DNA from: an uncultured archaeon
GTDB lineage: Archaea > Asgardarchaeota > Heimdallarchaeia > Heimdallarchaeales > Heimdallarchaeaceae
Assembly: GCA_964549075.1 (NCBI GenBank)
Contig: CAZJUB010000043.1
Coordinates: 1-21,509, forward strand
Direction: 5' to 3'
Length of the DNA: 21,509 bases
Shown: in pieces, positions 1-8,441 of the stretch
How positions within the stretch are numbered: the first letter of the stretch is position 1
Layout: every line of letters begins with the position of its first letter
Notes under the pieces: generated by a model
Database searches by the model: none
What the model saw: the letters and a program-made list of their open reading frames with translations, nothing else
Told to the model about the DNA's origin: nothing
Translations under genes and position numbers: made by a program

Positions 1-1
1 A

Positions 2-1369
2 CTAAGTTCCAATCCGATAAATCTTCCTATCCTCAGTCGTTTGTAATTCTAAAAAATTTCTAGTGTCGATAAAAGCATAAGGTTTCTTTGCTAATGAGTC
101 CATTTTTGAGGGTAGAGTTTTCTCATAAATTTCGTGATCTGAGAGCAGTACTATGCAGTCTGCATACATTAAAGCTTGGTCTAAATTATCTAAAAAGTTG
201 ACACCTACTATGTCATGAACCTCCTCTTTAGAGTATAATGGGTCATGTAAATAAGTATCAATTTCTAGATCCTTAAGAATGTTAATAATGTCAATAGTAG
301 GAGAATGACGGTGTTCTTTTACATTACCTCTGAAAGTAAGACCTAGTAGAACAATCTTAGCAATTGGTAATTTCTTATCTAAAAATTCTATACTTTGAAT
401 GATCTTTGAAACAACATGTTGAGGCATGGAAAGATTGACCTCACGACTAGCTTTGATGAGAGTAGGTTGAATTCCAAGATTTTTTGCAGTTTGCATCAAA
501 AAATAGGGGTAAACAGGAATACAATGTCCCCCTACTCCTGCTCCGGGTAATAAAATGTTTCCTGAAGGTTCTGAATTGACAGCTTCTCTTACTTCAAGAA
601 AATCTATATCAAGTTTTTCAGATATTTTAGCTAATTCATTTGCAATTGCAATATTGGTGTCTCTGAAAACACCTTTAAAGATTTTAGCTGCTTCTGCTGC
701 TCTTGCAGTACTCATTCTAATAACTCCTTTCTTGGAAATTGAGTTAAAGAATAATACCATTTTTTCAGTACTTTTTGAGTTTACTCCACCAACTATTTTT
801 GGGTAGTTTTCTGTTATGTCTTCTAAGACTCTACCCATGTATGTTCTCTCTGGAGAAAAACCTAAACCAAAATCCTCACCAGCTGTCAGACCAGAATGTA
901 TCTCTAGAATTGGCAAAATTACATCCTCAGTTGTACCTATTGGAAGAGTAGTTTCTTGTACAATTAGATGACCTTTTTGTAGATTTTGACCTATTTCTTC
1001 CATTAATTCTGTTAAAGGCGTTAAATCAGAAATTTTATCTTCATCTAACTCTATCGGAATAATGATTAATAGTATATCTGCATCTCTAAGTGAATCTTCA
1101 ACTGAAGCTGTAGCAACATATTTCTTGTTTTCTATACCTTGTCTAATACCTGTCAAAACTCCTGGTTCGCTGACATCTGTTATAATACCTTTATTGAGAT
1201 TATCAATAAGATTTGAATCAATATCTACTCCTACTACCTTATAGCCTGCATTTAGATAGACTACACTTAGAGGTAAGCCTAATTTTCCTTGACCAAAAAT
1301 AGCAATTGTAAGACTTCGTTCATTTATTGACTGAATAGCTGAATCAGTATTCATCTCAAAATATTTCAT
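2..1369 (-). CDS. Nucleotide-sugar 6-dehydrogenase (UDP-ManNAc/UDP-GlcNAc dehydrogenase, WecC/WbpA family)
   Basis: Rossmann GxGxxG motif (IFGQGKLGLP), family motifs TTLPIGTT, FSPER, KIVGG, catalytic Cys in GGHCIP, and C-terminal GLTFR..R.SP and HDP. Stop TAG at 2-4; alternative ATG at 1354. Confidence 0.92.
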   Translation of the reverse strand: MKYFEMNTDSAIQSINERSLTIAIFGQGKLGLPLSVVYLNAGYKVVGVDIDSNLIDNLNKGIITDVSEPGVLTGIRQGIENKKYVATASVEDSLRDADILLIIIPIELDEDKISDLTPLTELMEEIGQNLQKGHLIVQETTLPIGTTEDVILPILEIHSGLTAGEDFGLGFSPERTYMGRVLEDITENYPKIVGGVNSKSTEKMVLFFNSISKKGVIRMSTARAAEAAKIFKGVFRDTNIAIANELAKISEKLDIDFLEVREAVNSEPSGNILLPGAGVGGHCIPVYPYFLMQTAKNLGIQPTLIKASREVNLSMPQHVVSKIIQSIEFLDKKLPIAKIVLLGLTFRGNVKEHRHSPTIDIINILKDLEIDTYLHDPLYSKEEVHDIVGVNFLDNLDQALMYADCIVLLSDHEIYEKTLPSKMDSLAKKPYAFIDTRNFLELQTTEDRKIYRIGT

Positions 1370-1489
1370 TCTAATTTAAAACTTAAAAGAGGTTTTTAAA
1401 TTTATGTAAATTAAGAGTAAATAGGTTTTTTTAAGCAAAAAAAATACAGATAAATTAATATTATATTAGTCTTAGCCTATTATGTTAAG

Positions 1490-2938
1490 ATGAGTAAATC
1501 TAGACAATCACTCAAATCTTTGTACAATCGTTTCACAAAATTCGAACATGAATTAAGTTTGTTTGACAGAAAAATTGATGATGTATTTTTTTGGGAACGT
1601 ATTAGATTTACAGTATTTCAAAGAATTTTCCAGAAAACATTAATAGATCAGAATGAAGCACATGAAACTGAAGAAGATGAAAAAGAAGGAAATCTAACAA
1701 ATTATCTTTTAAAATTTCGAAACTATTTACTATCTATTTTGAGATTCAAAAGAAATCCTCTACTAGCAAAACCACATGATATCCTTATTCTTAGTCACTC
1801 AAGACGAAAATTACAGGAAGATGGAAAATGGTGGGATATTTATACTGATTATTTTGCAGATAAACTATCTTACTCCACAATCTCTCTTGAAAGTGATCTG
1901 TTTTTCAAGTACAGAAAACCTGCAAAAACAAAGGATCTTTTGTATACTACTTTTATCGATTTTTTAATAGATATGAAACGATATCTAAGTTTGTCTAAAG
2001 TGAAGTTCAATGACGAAGAGATTATTTACTTAAGAAAATTATCACAGATGATTAAGCATAGATTCAAACTTTCAATTGACCTTGTTGTTCTGGTATATAA
2101 CATCTTAACAAAACGCAAACGAAGATTACCTTATCTTTTGAAAATGTTGAATAAAATCAAACCTAAAATTGTAGTAGTGGTTTGTAGTTATGGTAAAGAG
2201 GATTTTATAGAAGCTTGTAAAATCAAACAGATTCCTGTAGTTGAAATACAACATGGAGTAATAACAAAATACCATACTGGTTATTCTTTCGAAAAGAGTG
2301 GTTTCAAAAAATATACTTTTCCAGACTATCTTTTAACATTTGGAGACTATTGGAAAGATTCAGTAATTTTTCCAATTGAGAAAGAAAACATCATAAGTGT
2401 AGGTTTTCCTGAATTCGAGACTAAGAAAAAGAGATTTAAGAATATCAAAAAGAAAAAACAAATCCTTTTTATTTCCCAAAAAACAATAGGAGAGCAACTC
2501 TCAAAATTTGCTGTTGAATTGTGTAAGATAAGAAAATTCGACTATAAAATAGTCTATAAATTACATCCTTTTGAAGTATTCAGCTGGTATAAAGATTATC
2601 CTTGGTTAGCTGAAAGCAAAATAGAAATAGCAGATCATCAAGGAAAACAGCTATACAGACTTTTTGCTGAATCAGAAGTCCAAGTTGGAGTATATTCTAC
2701 AGCGTTATTTGAAGGTCTGAGTTTCGGAGTCAAAACATTTCTTGTTGATTTGCCAGGAATTGATTATATGGAAGATTTACTTGAATGGAAAGAAGCAATA
2801 AAAGTCAACCGACCAAAGGAACTCATAGGCTTTTTAAAAGATGGTGAATGCGAGAAATGTGATTCTGAAATGTTCTTTAAAAGTGGATCAATTCAGAACA
2901 TCAAAAATGCATTAGAACAGATCATAGAATCGATTTGA
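1490..2938 (+). CDS. Putative GT-B glycosyltransferase of the CMP/CDP-donor type (sialyltransferase / CDP-glycerol glycerophosphotransferase / capsule-synthesis-like)
   Basis: 482-aa ORF with VEIQHG, PDYLLTFG, ILFISQ, YKLHP and GVYSTALFEGL motifs typical of GT-B enzymes using cytidine-nucleotide donors. Glycan-biosynthesis context. Exact substrate is inferred. Confidence 0.6.
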   Translation: MSKSRQSLKSLYNRFTKFEHELSLFDRKIDDVFFWERIRFTVFQRIFQKTLIDQNEAHETEEDEKEGNLTNYLLKFRNYLLSILRFKRNPLLAKPHDILILSHSRRKLQEDGKWWDIYTDYFADKLSYSTISLESDLFFKYRKPAKTKDLLYTTFIDFLIDMKRYLSLSKVKFNDEEIIYLRKLSQMIKHRFKLSIDLVVLVYNILTKRKRRLPYLLKMLNKIKPKIVVVVCSYGKEDFIEACKIKQIPVVEIQHGVITKYHTGYSFEKSGFKKYTFPDYLLTFGDYWKDSVIFPIEKENIISVGFPEFETKKKRFKNIKKKKQILFISQKTIGEQLSKFAVELCKIRKFDYKIVYKLHPFEVFSWYKDYPWLAESKIEIADHQGKQLYRLFAESEVQVGVYSTALFEGLSFGVKTFLVDLPGIDYMEDLLEWKEAIKVNRPKELIGFLKDGECEKCDSEMFFKSGSIQNIKNALEQIIESI

Positions 2939-2983
2939 TCATTTTTACATGTAATATTTAGTCATTTACTTGTTTTTATAAGT

Positions 2984-2998
2984 TTGGTGTCAAACCAA
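2984..2998. promoter_or_regulatory. Palindromic operator candidate TTGGT-N5-ACCAA (site 1)
   Basis: TTGGTgtcaaACCAA; identical arms and spacer length recur at 3094-3108. Confidence 0.55.
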
Positions 2999-3093
2999 TA
3001 CCCCTTGGAATACAATAATGTTTCAAATGACTTACATATCTTTGCAATTCACCTATGTATTTATTATACATGCTTATTCGAAAACCATAAATG

Positions 3094-3108
3094 TTGGTAT
3101 GAGACCAA
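3094..3108. promoter_or_regulatory. Palindromic operator candidate TTGGT-N5-ACCAA (site 2), overlapping the BRE position
   Basis: TTGGTatgagACCAA, ending 2 nt upstream of the TTTTAAAT box at 3111. Confidence 0.6.
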
Positions 3109-3110
3109 AA

Positions 3111-3120
3111 TTTTAAATAA
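3111..3120 (+). promoter_or_regulatory. Archaeal TATA box of the AbrB-type gene (probably near-leaderless transcript)
   Basis: TTTTAAATAA preceded by purine-rich GACCAAAA; starts 31 nt before ATG 3142. Confidence 0.55.
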
Positions 3121-3141
3121 AGCAAGAACATACGAATAGAT

Positions 3142-3333
3142 ATGACAAATGTCAACATTGACGATATTGTCTTCATCTCTGAAACGTCTTTAACAATTCG
3201 GGAAAGTAGGAGAAGAACTACTGTTCCTAAAGAAATTGTGGAAGAATTAGGATTAAAGAATGGAGATAAATTGAGATGGTTACTGTTTGAGGATGGTAAA
3301 ATTCTCTTAACAAAGGTAATGAAGAAAAAATAA
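3142..3333 (+). CDS. AbrB/MazE/SpoVT-family swapped-hairpin DNA-binding protein
   Basis: 63 aa with RRTTVPKEIVEELGLKNGDKLRW..DGKILLTK, matching the AbrB pattern (ITIPKEIR..LGL..GD.L.....G.I.L). Confidence 0.85.
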   Translation: MTNVNIDDIVFISETSLTIRESRRRTTVPKEIVEELGLKNGDKLRWLLFEDGKILLTKVMKKK

Positions 3334-3402
3334 CTAATTCAAACACTGACTCACACAAAAACCATTCGTAAGTTCTTGTAAATTGAATGAAGGCGTGAAA
3401 AA

Positions 3403-3765
3403 GTGTTAGATTATGAATTAGTAAATATCTGGGAAAGTTTACATGAGCAGATTGTCAGTTGGATTGAATCAGTCATTTTGGAAGGATGGAATTTACTCAG
3501 AAGTAAAAGGAAAATGAATGAAATATCTCAAGATTTAGTAGAAAAAATCTCTCTTTCATTAAGTCAGGATTATCATATCAATGAATGGCAATTGATAAAA
3601 ATGTCAGAGAAATTTAAACCAATAATTTACAATTGGATCGATCATATTCTTAGAATTACATGGGATTTCTTCAGAGATAAAGAAAAATTCAATGAATTTT
3701 CGATTTTAATTTCAAGAGATCTAATCAAAGTCTTCCTAGACAATATAAAGTACTCAAAAAAATAA
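3403..3765 (+). CDS. Hypothetical helical protein made of two ~58-aa repeats
   Basis: GTG start with SD-like GGCGTGA upstream; internal duplication IxxWIxxxxxxxWxxxRxKxKxNExS at aa 17-42 and 75-100. Confidence 0.7.
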   Translation: MLDYELVNIWESLHEQIVSWIESVILEGWNLLRSKRKMNEISQDLVEKISLSLSQDYHINEWQLIKMSEKFKPIIYNWIDHILRITWDFFRDKEKFNEFSILISRDLIKVFLDNIKYSKK

Positions 3766-3815
3766 CTATGAAAAATAAAAAGAGAATTTTAATCGACGAA
3801 TGACTAGTACTATTT

Positions 3816-3859
3816 GCAAAAAAACAAAGAAAGATTACGAGCTCTCATATGGGCTCGTA
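3816..3859 (-). terminator. Hairpin plus U-rich tract ending the cysQ-sat/cysC transcript
   Basis: Minus-strand RNA UACGAGCCC-AUAUGA-GAGCUCGUA (3859-3836, contains the stop codon) followed by AUCUUUCUUUGUUUUUUUGC. Confidence 0.5.
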
Positions 3860-5575
3860 TATTTTTATAGGTTGAATATAACCTAATTGTTCCATCGTGT
3901 CTAAGACCTTTTGAACACTTTCTTCAATACTTTCCTTGTCAGTTTCACAAATTACCTCAGGTGCTTGAGGTTCTTCATAAGGGTCGTCTACGCCAGTAAA
4001 ACCTTTGATTTCTCCAGCTCGAGCTTTAGCATAAAGCCCTTTAATATCTCTTGTTTCACAAATCTCAACTGGACATTTCACATATATTTCCATGAAGTTT
4101 CCTATTCTCTGCCTAATTTCTTCACGAACAGAAATGTAAGGCGCAATATTCGCCATAATGGCAATGATCCCATTGCGACTCATTAAATGGCAGACAAAAC
4201 CTACTCTTCGTATATTTTCATCTCGATCTTCTTTGCTGAAACCAAGTCCTTTGCTTAAGTTTTGCCTGATAATATCTGCATCCAATCTTTCGACTTGATA
4301 ACCACGTTTTTTTAATTCTTCAGCTACTGCTTTAGAGATTGTTGTTTTTCCTGATCCTGACAAACCTGTAAAGAGCATTGTCACTCCTTTTTGTTCAATG
4401 AATTTGTGTTTGTTATTAGCAGAATCAATCAAAATCATAGCTACTTCTGGTCTAGTAAACTCACGTGGAAGCATTTCATTGTTTTCTAACATTTCTCTGA
4501 CTTTTGTTCCAGAGAGAAAGACATGTGATTCTTTTGAGTGAGGACATGTGCGTTTTGTGACCATTTGTTCACATAATTTGCAGTAAAAAGCGTGCTCAAA
4601 TTTTAAAGGAGTAATAGCTAGTTCTTCTTTAGTAAATTGATCGAAAATCTCTTGGGCATCATATGTGCCATAATAATTACCTACTCCAGCATGATCACGT
4701 CCAATGATTATATGCGAGCAACCATAATTTTGCCTGCTGATAGCGTGTAATATGGCTTCTTTTGGTCCAGCATACCTCATATTTGCGGGGTATACACCTA
4801 AAAATGTTCTATCCTTAGGATAATAGTTGTTTAGGATAACTCTATAGGTTTCCATTCTAACATGATGAGGAATATCATCTTTCTTTGTCTCTCCAACTAG
4901 CGGATTTACAAACAAACCATCAACTATCTCTAAAGCTATTTTTTGGAGATGTTCATGAGCTCTGTGGATAGGATTGCGAGTCTGAAATGCTACAACAGTT
5001 TTCCAATTTTTCGAGTGAAATATTTCTCTTGTCATCTTTGGAGTATATCTATACTCATTGAAGAGCTTATGTGGGAAATCCTCGAAAATTATAATCTCTC
5101 CACCTAAGTATATGCTTCCTCCTTGGTAAACTACTGCTACGCCTGGATGCTCACTATCAGAAGTTCCGAAAACACTCTCTACTTCTTCTTTCTTATCAGG
5201 AGTGTAAATACTTGATATCTTGAGAATAGCCATGTGAGTGTCATGCCAAGTTAGAGCAATTTCATCACCAACTTCTATCTTTGAAGCAAAATCCTCATCT
5301 ACTTGAAATGTGATTGGAATAGGCCAGACTATTCCATTTTTGAGTCTCATATCTTTAATAATGCTATAGTACTCTTCTTCCTCTGCAAATCCTTTTAGAG
5401 GAGAATAAATCCCTGTTGCGATACACTCAAGATCAGCTAGTTCTCTTTCAGTTAATTCTCTTTTTATTAGAGTTTTAGCTTTCTCAAGGAGATTATAACG
5501 TTCTTCCTCATCTACAATATACAAGTCAACTAATTCCCCACCATGAGGAGCTATTAGACTATTATTTTTAACCAT
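3845..5575 (-). CDS. sat: Bifunctional sulfate adenylyltransferase / adenylylsulfate kinase (PAPS synthetase, Sat-CysC order)
   Basis: PHGG, QTRNPIHRAH, MRYAGPKEA, GRDHAG, Zn site CKLC..CPH and SGTKVR in the Sat domain; then GLSGSGKTT P-loop, LGFSKEDR..NIRR, RDIKGLY..AR.GEI..FTG..DPYE in the APS kinase domain. ATG 5575 preferred over TTG 5590 because it has an SD-like GAGGA upstream and lies just after the cysQ stop. Confidence 0.96.
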   Translation of the reverse strand: MVKNNSLIAPHGGELVDLYIVDEEERYNLLEKAKTLIKRELTERELADLECIATGIYSPLKGFAEEEEYYSIIKDMRLKNGIVWPIPITFQVDEDFASKIEVGDEIALTWHDTHMAILKISSIYTPDKKEEVESVFGTSDSEHPGVAVVYQGGSIYLGGEIIIFEDFPHKLFNEYRYTPKMTREIFHSKNWKTVVAFQTRNPIHRAHEHLQKIALEIVDGLFVNPLVGETKKDDIPHHVRMETYRVILNNYYPKDRTFLGVYPANMRYAGPKEAILHAISRQNYGCSHIIIGRDHAGVGNYYGTYDAQEIFDQFTKEELAITPLKFEHAFYCKLCEQMVTKRTCPHSKESHVFLSGTKVREMLENNEMLPREFTRPEVAMILIDSANNKHKFIEQKGVTMLFTGLSGSGKTTISKAVAEELKKRGYQVERLDADIIRQNLSKGLGFSKEDRDENIRRVGFVCHLMSRNGIIAIMANIAPYISVREEIRQRIGNFMEIYVKCPVEICETRDIKGLYAKARAGEIKGFTGVDDPYEEPQAPEVICETDKESIEESVQKVLDTMEQLGYIQPIKIYEPI

Positions 5576-5579
5576 TTTA

Positions 5580-6368
5580 TTATTCCTCAAAACTATTTAT
5601 TATTTCAAAAATTCTATCTGAAGCTACTTTGGATGTGCCAACAATTGAATTTACTAAAGTCTCTGCTTGATTAAAAATGATGCCATGACCATGCTTATCT
5701 GTCACAACTCCTCCTGCTTCTTCTAAGACAAGCTTCCCCGCACAGATGTCCCACTCATTTTTTGGAGAAAGACTAAAAGTTGCATCAGCTCGTCCAGAAG
5801 CTACTAAAGCAAGTTTATAAGCAATTGATCCAGTTGGAATGATTTTAGCGATTTTCTTGAAGTATTCCCATTCACCACGTTTGTTTTCCGATCTACTTGC
5901 TACGATTACAGGTTTATTGTTGATAGTACTTTTTACAATAATTCTTTTGCCATTTAGAAATGCACCTTTGTCTTTAATAGCTGTAAAAAGCTCATCCTTC
6001 AAAGGGTTCATTATAGCACCTAGTACAGGTTCTCCATCATAAACTAGTGCAACAGAGATTGAGTATTCGGGAATGTTTTCAATAAATTCTTTAGTACCAT
6101 CGACGGGATCAACTATCCAAACTTTCTTTTTTGTTAATCTTTCTGGATTATCCTTTGTTTCTTCAGAAAGCCAACCACTATCAGGGAAGGCAGTTAAAAG
6201 CTCTTCTTGTAAGATTGTGTTTACTATAAGATCAGCTGTAGTAACTGGATCATGATTTTCTTTAAAGGACTTTTCATAACCGTTTTTTATTACATCAAGC
6301 AAAGCAAGATTAGCTTTTTTAACGGCATTACAGAGAATTTGATACTCCTTATCTAACAATTTTATCAC
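5580..6368 (-). CDS. cysQ: 3'(2'),5'-bisphosphate nucleotidase (PAP phosphatase), inositol monophosphatase superfamily
   Basis: DPVTTAD, LSEE, WIVDPVDGTKEF, SRS, GS, EWDICAG motifs; directly upstream of sat/cysC. Start uncertain (GTG 6395, GTG 6368 or TTG 6359); the TATA box at 6413-6405 favours the later starts. Confidence 0.88.
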   Translation of the reverse strand: MIKLLDKEYQILCNAVKKANLALLDVIKNGYEKSFKENHDPVTTADLIVNTILQEELLTAFPDSGWLSEETKDNPERLTKKKVWIVDPVDGTKEFIENIPEYSISVALVYDGEPVLGAIMNPLKDELFTAIKDKGAFLNGKRIIVKSTINNKPVIVASRSENKRGEWEYFKKIAKIIPTGSIAYKLALVASGRADATFSLSPKNEWDICAGKLVLEEAGGVVTDKHGHGIIFNQAETLVNSIVGTSKVASDRIFEIINSFEE

Positions 6369-6404
6369 ACGTACTACAGCTACAACATTTCGCACTAAAC
6401 AAGT

Positions 6405-6413
6405 TATTTAAAA
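6405..6413 (-). promoter_or_regulatory. TATA box for the cysQ-sat/cysC operon
   Basis: Minus-strand TTTTAAATA, the same core as 3111-3119, in the short gap after the methyltransferase stop. Confidence 0.5.
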
Positions 6414-6427
6414 TGTTCCATGTAACG

Positions 6428-8284
6428 TTAAACAATTGAAAGCAACTGGAAAATAGAGTATTCATCGATTTCCTTTTTATCTCTAATATTTTGATTTTGT
6501 TTCAAATAGAATTCTTCTAAGAACGATTCTTGAGCTTTTGTAAGATCTATGATAAATCTCTCAAGTAAGAAATCCATATCAACTTGAGCTAAAGCTCTTC
6601 CTTTCTCCATACTGAGAATATGATAAACCTTGTTAAACTCTATAGAATTGAGTTGTGTAGAAATAGCATAAAGATTCAAATCTTGGTTTTTCGGAGAAAT
6701 AGTATGACAGTTGTTTAGATGATAATATCCCTTATTATCAACAGCGGAAATGATTTTGTAACCAGTTTGTCTAAGAATGATTTTAGGGCTCTCAACGATA
6801 TCCTCATCAAAACCTCCTGACCAGAGAATTGAAGGAGTTATGTTTATCCAATCGTTTTGATATTCGATATGAAAAGGTTGTATTTGACTACTAGAAACAA
6901 GTCCTTGCTTCCAGTTTTCTCCTATTTTCTCCTTTCTCACAATATTCCTCTGTCCGATCCTTGCTCTAACTCCAGTATGCATAGTTACTAACTCATCAAG
7001 CTTTTTCTTCGCTTTTTGTCTCCATTCCTCTACATATTTTTTATCTTGTAAATTAAAATACAAATGAAATCGTTTGTAATTATTTTCTAGAAAACCTGTT
7101 TGGGAATTAAGATATTCTTCCCATTCTCCTTTGGTAAAAGAAGTGAGAGAAGATATCCATCGTGCAGGAAATGATACTTCAGAAACAGTTGAGTCAGTTT
7201 TACAGATTTTACTCAGAAATGTAATGATTGGTCTCCCTAAAGTAACTCCTTGGAAAGGTTCGAATCCTAAAAGAGAGATGTCTAGAAAATCTGAGTTTTC
7301 AAGAATATAAGTCCGTAACTTAGAGTAATATCTCCCAAGTAGATGAGAATCAGGAGTGATTATACCTAAAATACCGTTATGTGCAAGAAGTTCAAGTGAA
7401 CGTTCTATGAAAATAGGATAGAGACTTAATTTGTATTCAGCAGAAAAGAATCTGTTTCTAAGAAAGTGTTTGAATTCGGGGTGGTATTTTTGAGCATCTC
7501 GAAGACCATAAGACATGTAAGGAGGATTGGAAACAATGATGTCAAATATACAAGATTTTCTCTCAGTCAACATTTCTATGGGTTTAAAAGCTGGAGTTGA
7601 TGAAACCTTTTGTAATGAAAAATCATCTAACAAAGAATTTCCAACACAAAGATTCTTATCAACATCTGGCAAATCCAAATCGGGGAAAAAGAATGACGAG
7701 AAGAGTAACATTCTCATTTTGTGAATAAAAAGAGCAAAAGAGTCAAGATCAAAGGCAAAAATGTTTTTGGAAATGAAAGAAAGAAAAGTTTCCTTCTTCT
7801 TAGTTGAATCAAGTTTAAGCTGATCTTTTAATAAGTAAAGAAAAGTAATAAGTAGATTTCCTGTACCAGCTGCTATATCAGCAATTTTTATGTTTCTAAA
7901 AATAGGTTCTATGTCTGGAAAGTTATTCTTCAAGAGATAATAGTCTAAAGATTTCTTCGCAATAAACTCGGAGATGTAGGAAGGTGTAAAAAACTGACCA
8001 AGCTTCTTATTAGAAATCAATTCTCTATTAAAAAAAGAGAGATGAAAAGGAGTAAGATGAGTTTTTGACTGTGTCTCATCTAAGCTTAAAGAAGGAAAAG
8101 TTGTTTCAGAAAAATCTTGGAGGTTAAATTTCTTCATTCTTTTGTGAGGAAAATGATTAGCATATTGTAAGAGCTGAGTTGGATGGTTAGATTCTTGTAT
8201 TAACAGGGAAAGTAAGGAGTACCAAAAGTCATCTGTTAATTCTAGATTCCTAAAAGGATAAAGAAATGGTTCTCTGTTACTCAA
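6428..8284 (-). CDS. N6-adenine DNA methyltransferase, gamma class (M.TaqI/Eco57I-like) with C-terminal target-recognition domain; apparently orphan
   Basis: Motif X GQFFTP, motif I DIAAGTGNLL, AFDLD, GNSL, motif IV IVSNPPY, FIERSLELL..NGILGIITP, TaqI-C-like KIILRQTG. TTG start. Confidence 0.9.
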   Translation of the reverse strand: MSNREPFLYPFRNLELTDDFWYSLLSLLIQESNHPTQLLQYANHFPHKRMKKFNLQDFSETTFPSLSLDETQSKTHLTPFHLSFFNRELISNKKLGQFFTPSYISEFIAKKSLDYYLLKNNFPDIEPIFRNIKIADIAAGTGNLLITFLYLLKDQLKLDSTKKKETFLSFISKNIFAFDLDSFALFIHKMRMLLFSSFFFPDLDLPDVDKNLCVGNSLLDDFSLQKVSSTPAFKPIEMLTERKSCIFDIIVSNPPYMSYGLRDAQKYHPEFKHFLRNRFFSAEYKLSLYPIFIERSLELLAHNGILGIITPDSHLLGRYYSKLRTYILENSDFLDISLLGFEPFQGVTLGRPIITFLSKICKTDSTVSEVSFPARWISSLTSFTKGEWEEYLNSQTGFLENNYKRFHLYFNLQDKKYVEEWRQKAKKKLDELVTMHTGVRARIGQRNIVRKEKIGENWKQGLVSSSQIQPFHIEYQNDWINITPSILWSGGFDEDIVESPKIILRQTGYKIISAVDNKGYYHLNNCHTISPKNQDLNLYAISTQLNSIEFNKVYHILSMEKGRALAQVDMDFLLERFIIDLTKAQESFLEEFYLKQNQNIRDKKEIDEYSIFQLLSIV

Positions 8285-8406
8285 TACAATAAGTAGAGTT
8301 GAAGAAAATAAAAATCTTCCTCATTATTTTTCTTGAGTATTTCATAGATTTGAGTTCTCTTGCAAAGTCGTTGCTGAAACCAAAGAGCGAAAAATTGGTA
8401 AAGAAA

Positions 8407-8441
8407 ATCTTACCACGTGAAAAAAATTTGTGTGGTAAGAT
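8407..8441 (+). repeat. Perfect 10-bp inverted repeat, extendable to a 15-bp RNA stem
   Basis: ATCTTACCAC (8407-8416) / GTGGTAAGAT (8432-8441). The inner GTGAA/TTTGT adds 3 G:U and 2 A:U pairs around an A5 loop on the plus strand. Confidence 0.75.

Noticed and set aside
2945-2954. Perfect palindrome TTACATGTAA, and the AT-only inverted repeat near 1375-1400
   Set aside because: Single, AT-rich and not repeated elsewhere that I could see; compatible with chance.
2976-3176. 66-aa minus-strand ORF
   Set aside because: Overlaps the AbrB gene start and its promoter and operator sites; no family features.
3142-3765. AbrB gene plus downstream ORF as a classical VapBC or MazEF toxin-antitoxin pair
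   Set aside because: The downstream protein lacks PIN acidic residues and MazF motifs, and the genes are 69 bp apart rather than overlapping.
6428-8284. Type IIG restriction-modification fusion or defence island
   Set aside because: No room for an N-terminal nuclease domain, and no neighbouring defence, integrase or transposase genes.
8284-8295. 12-mer ATACAATAAGTA also found at 15816-15827, both upstream of minus-strand genes
   Set aside because: Very AT-rich, at different distances from the start codons, and such a match is expected by chance in this composition.
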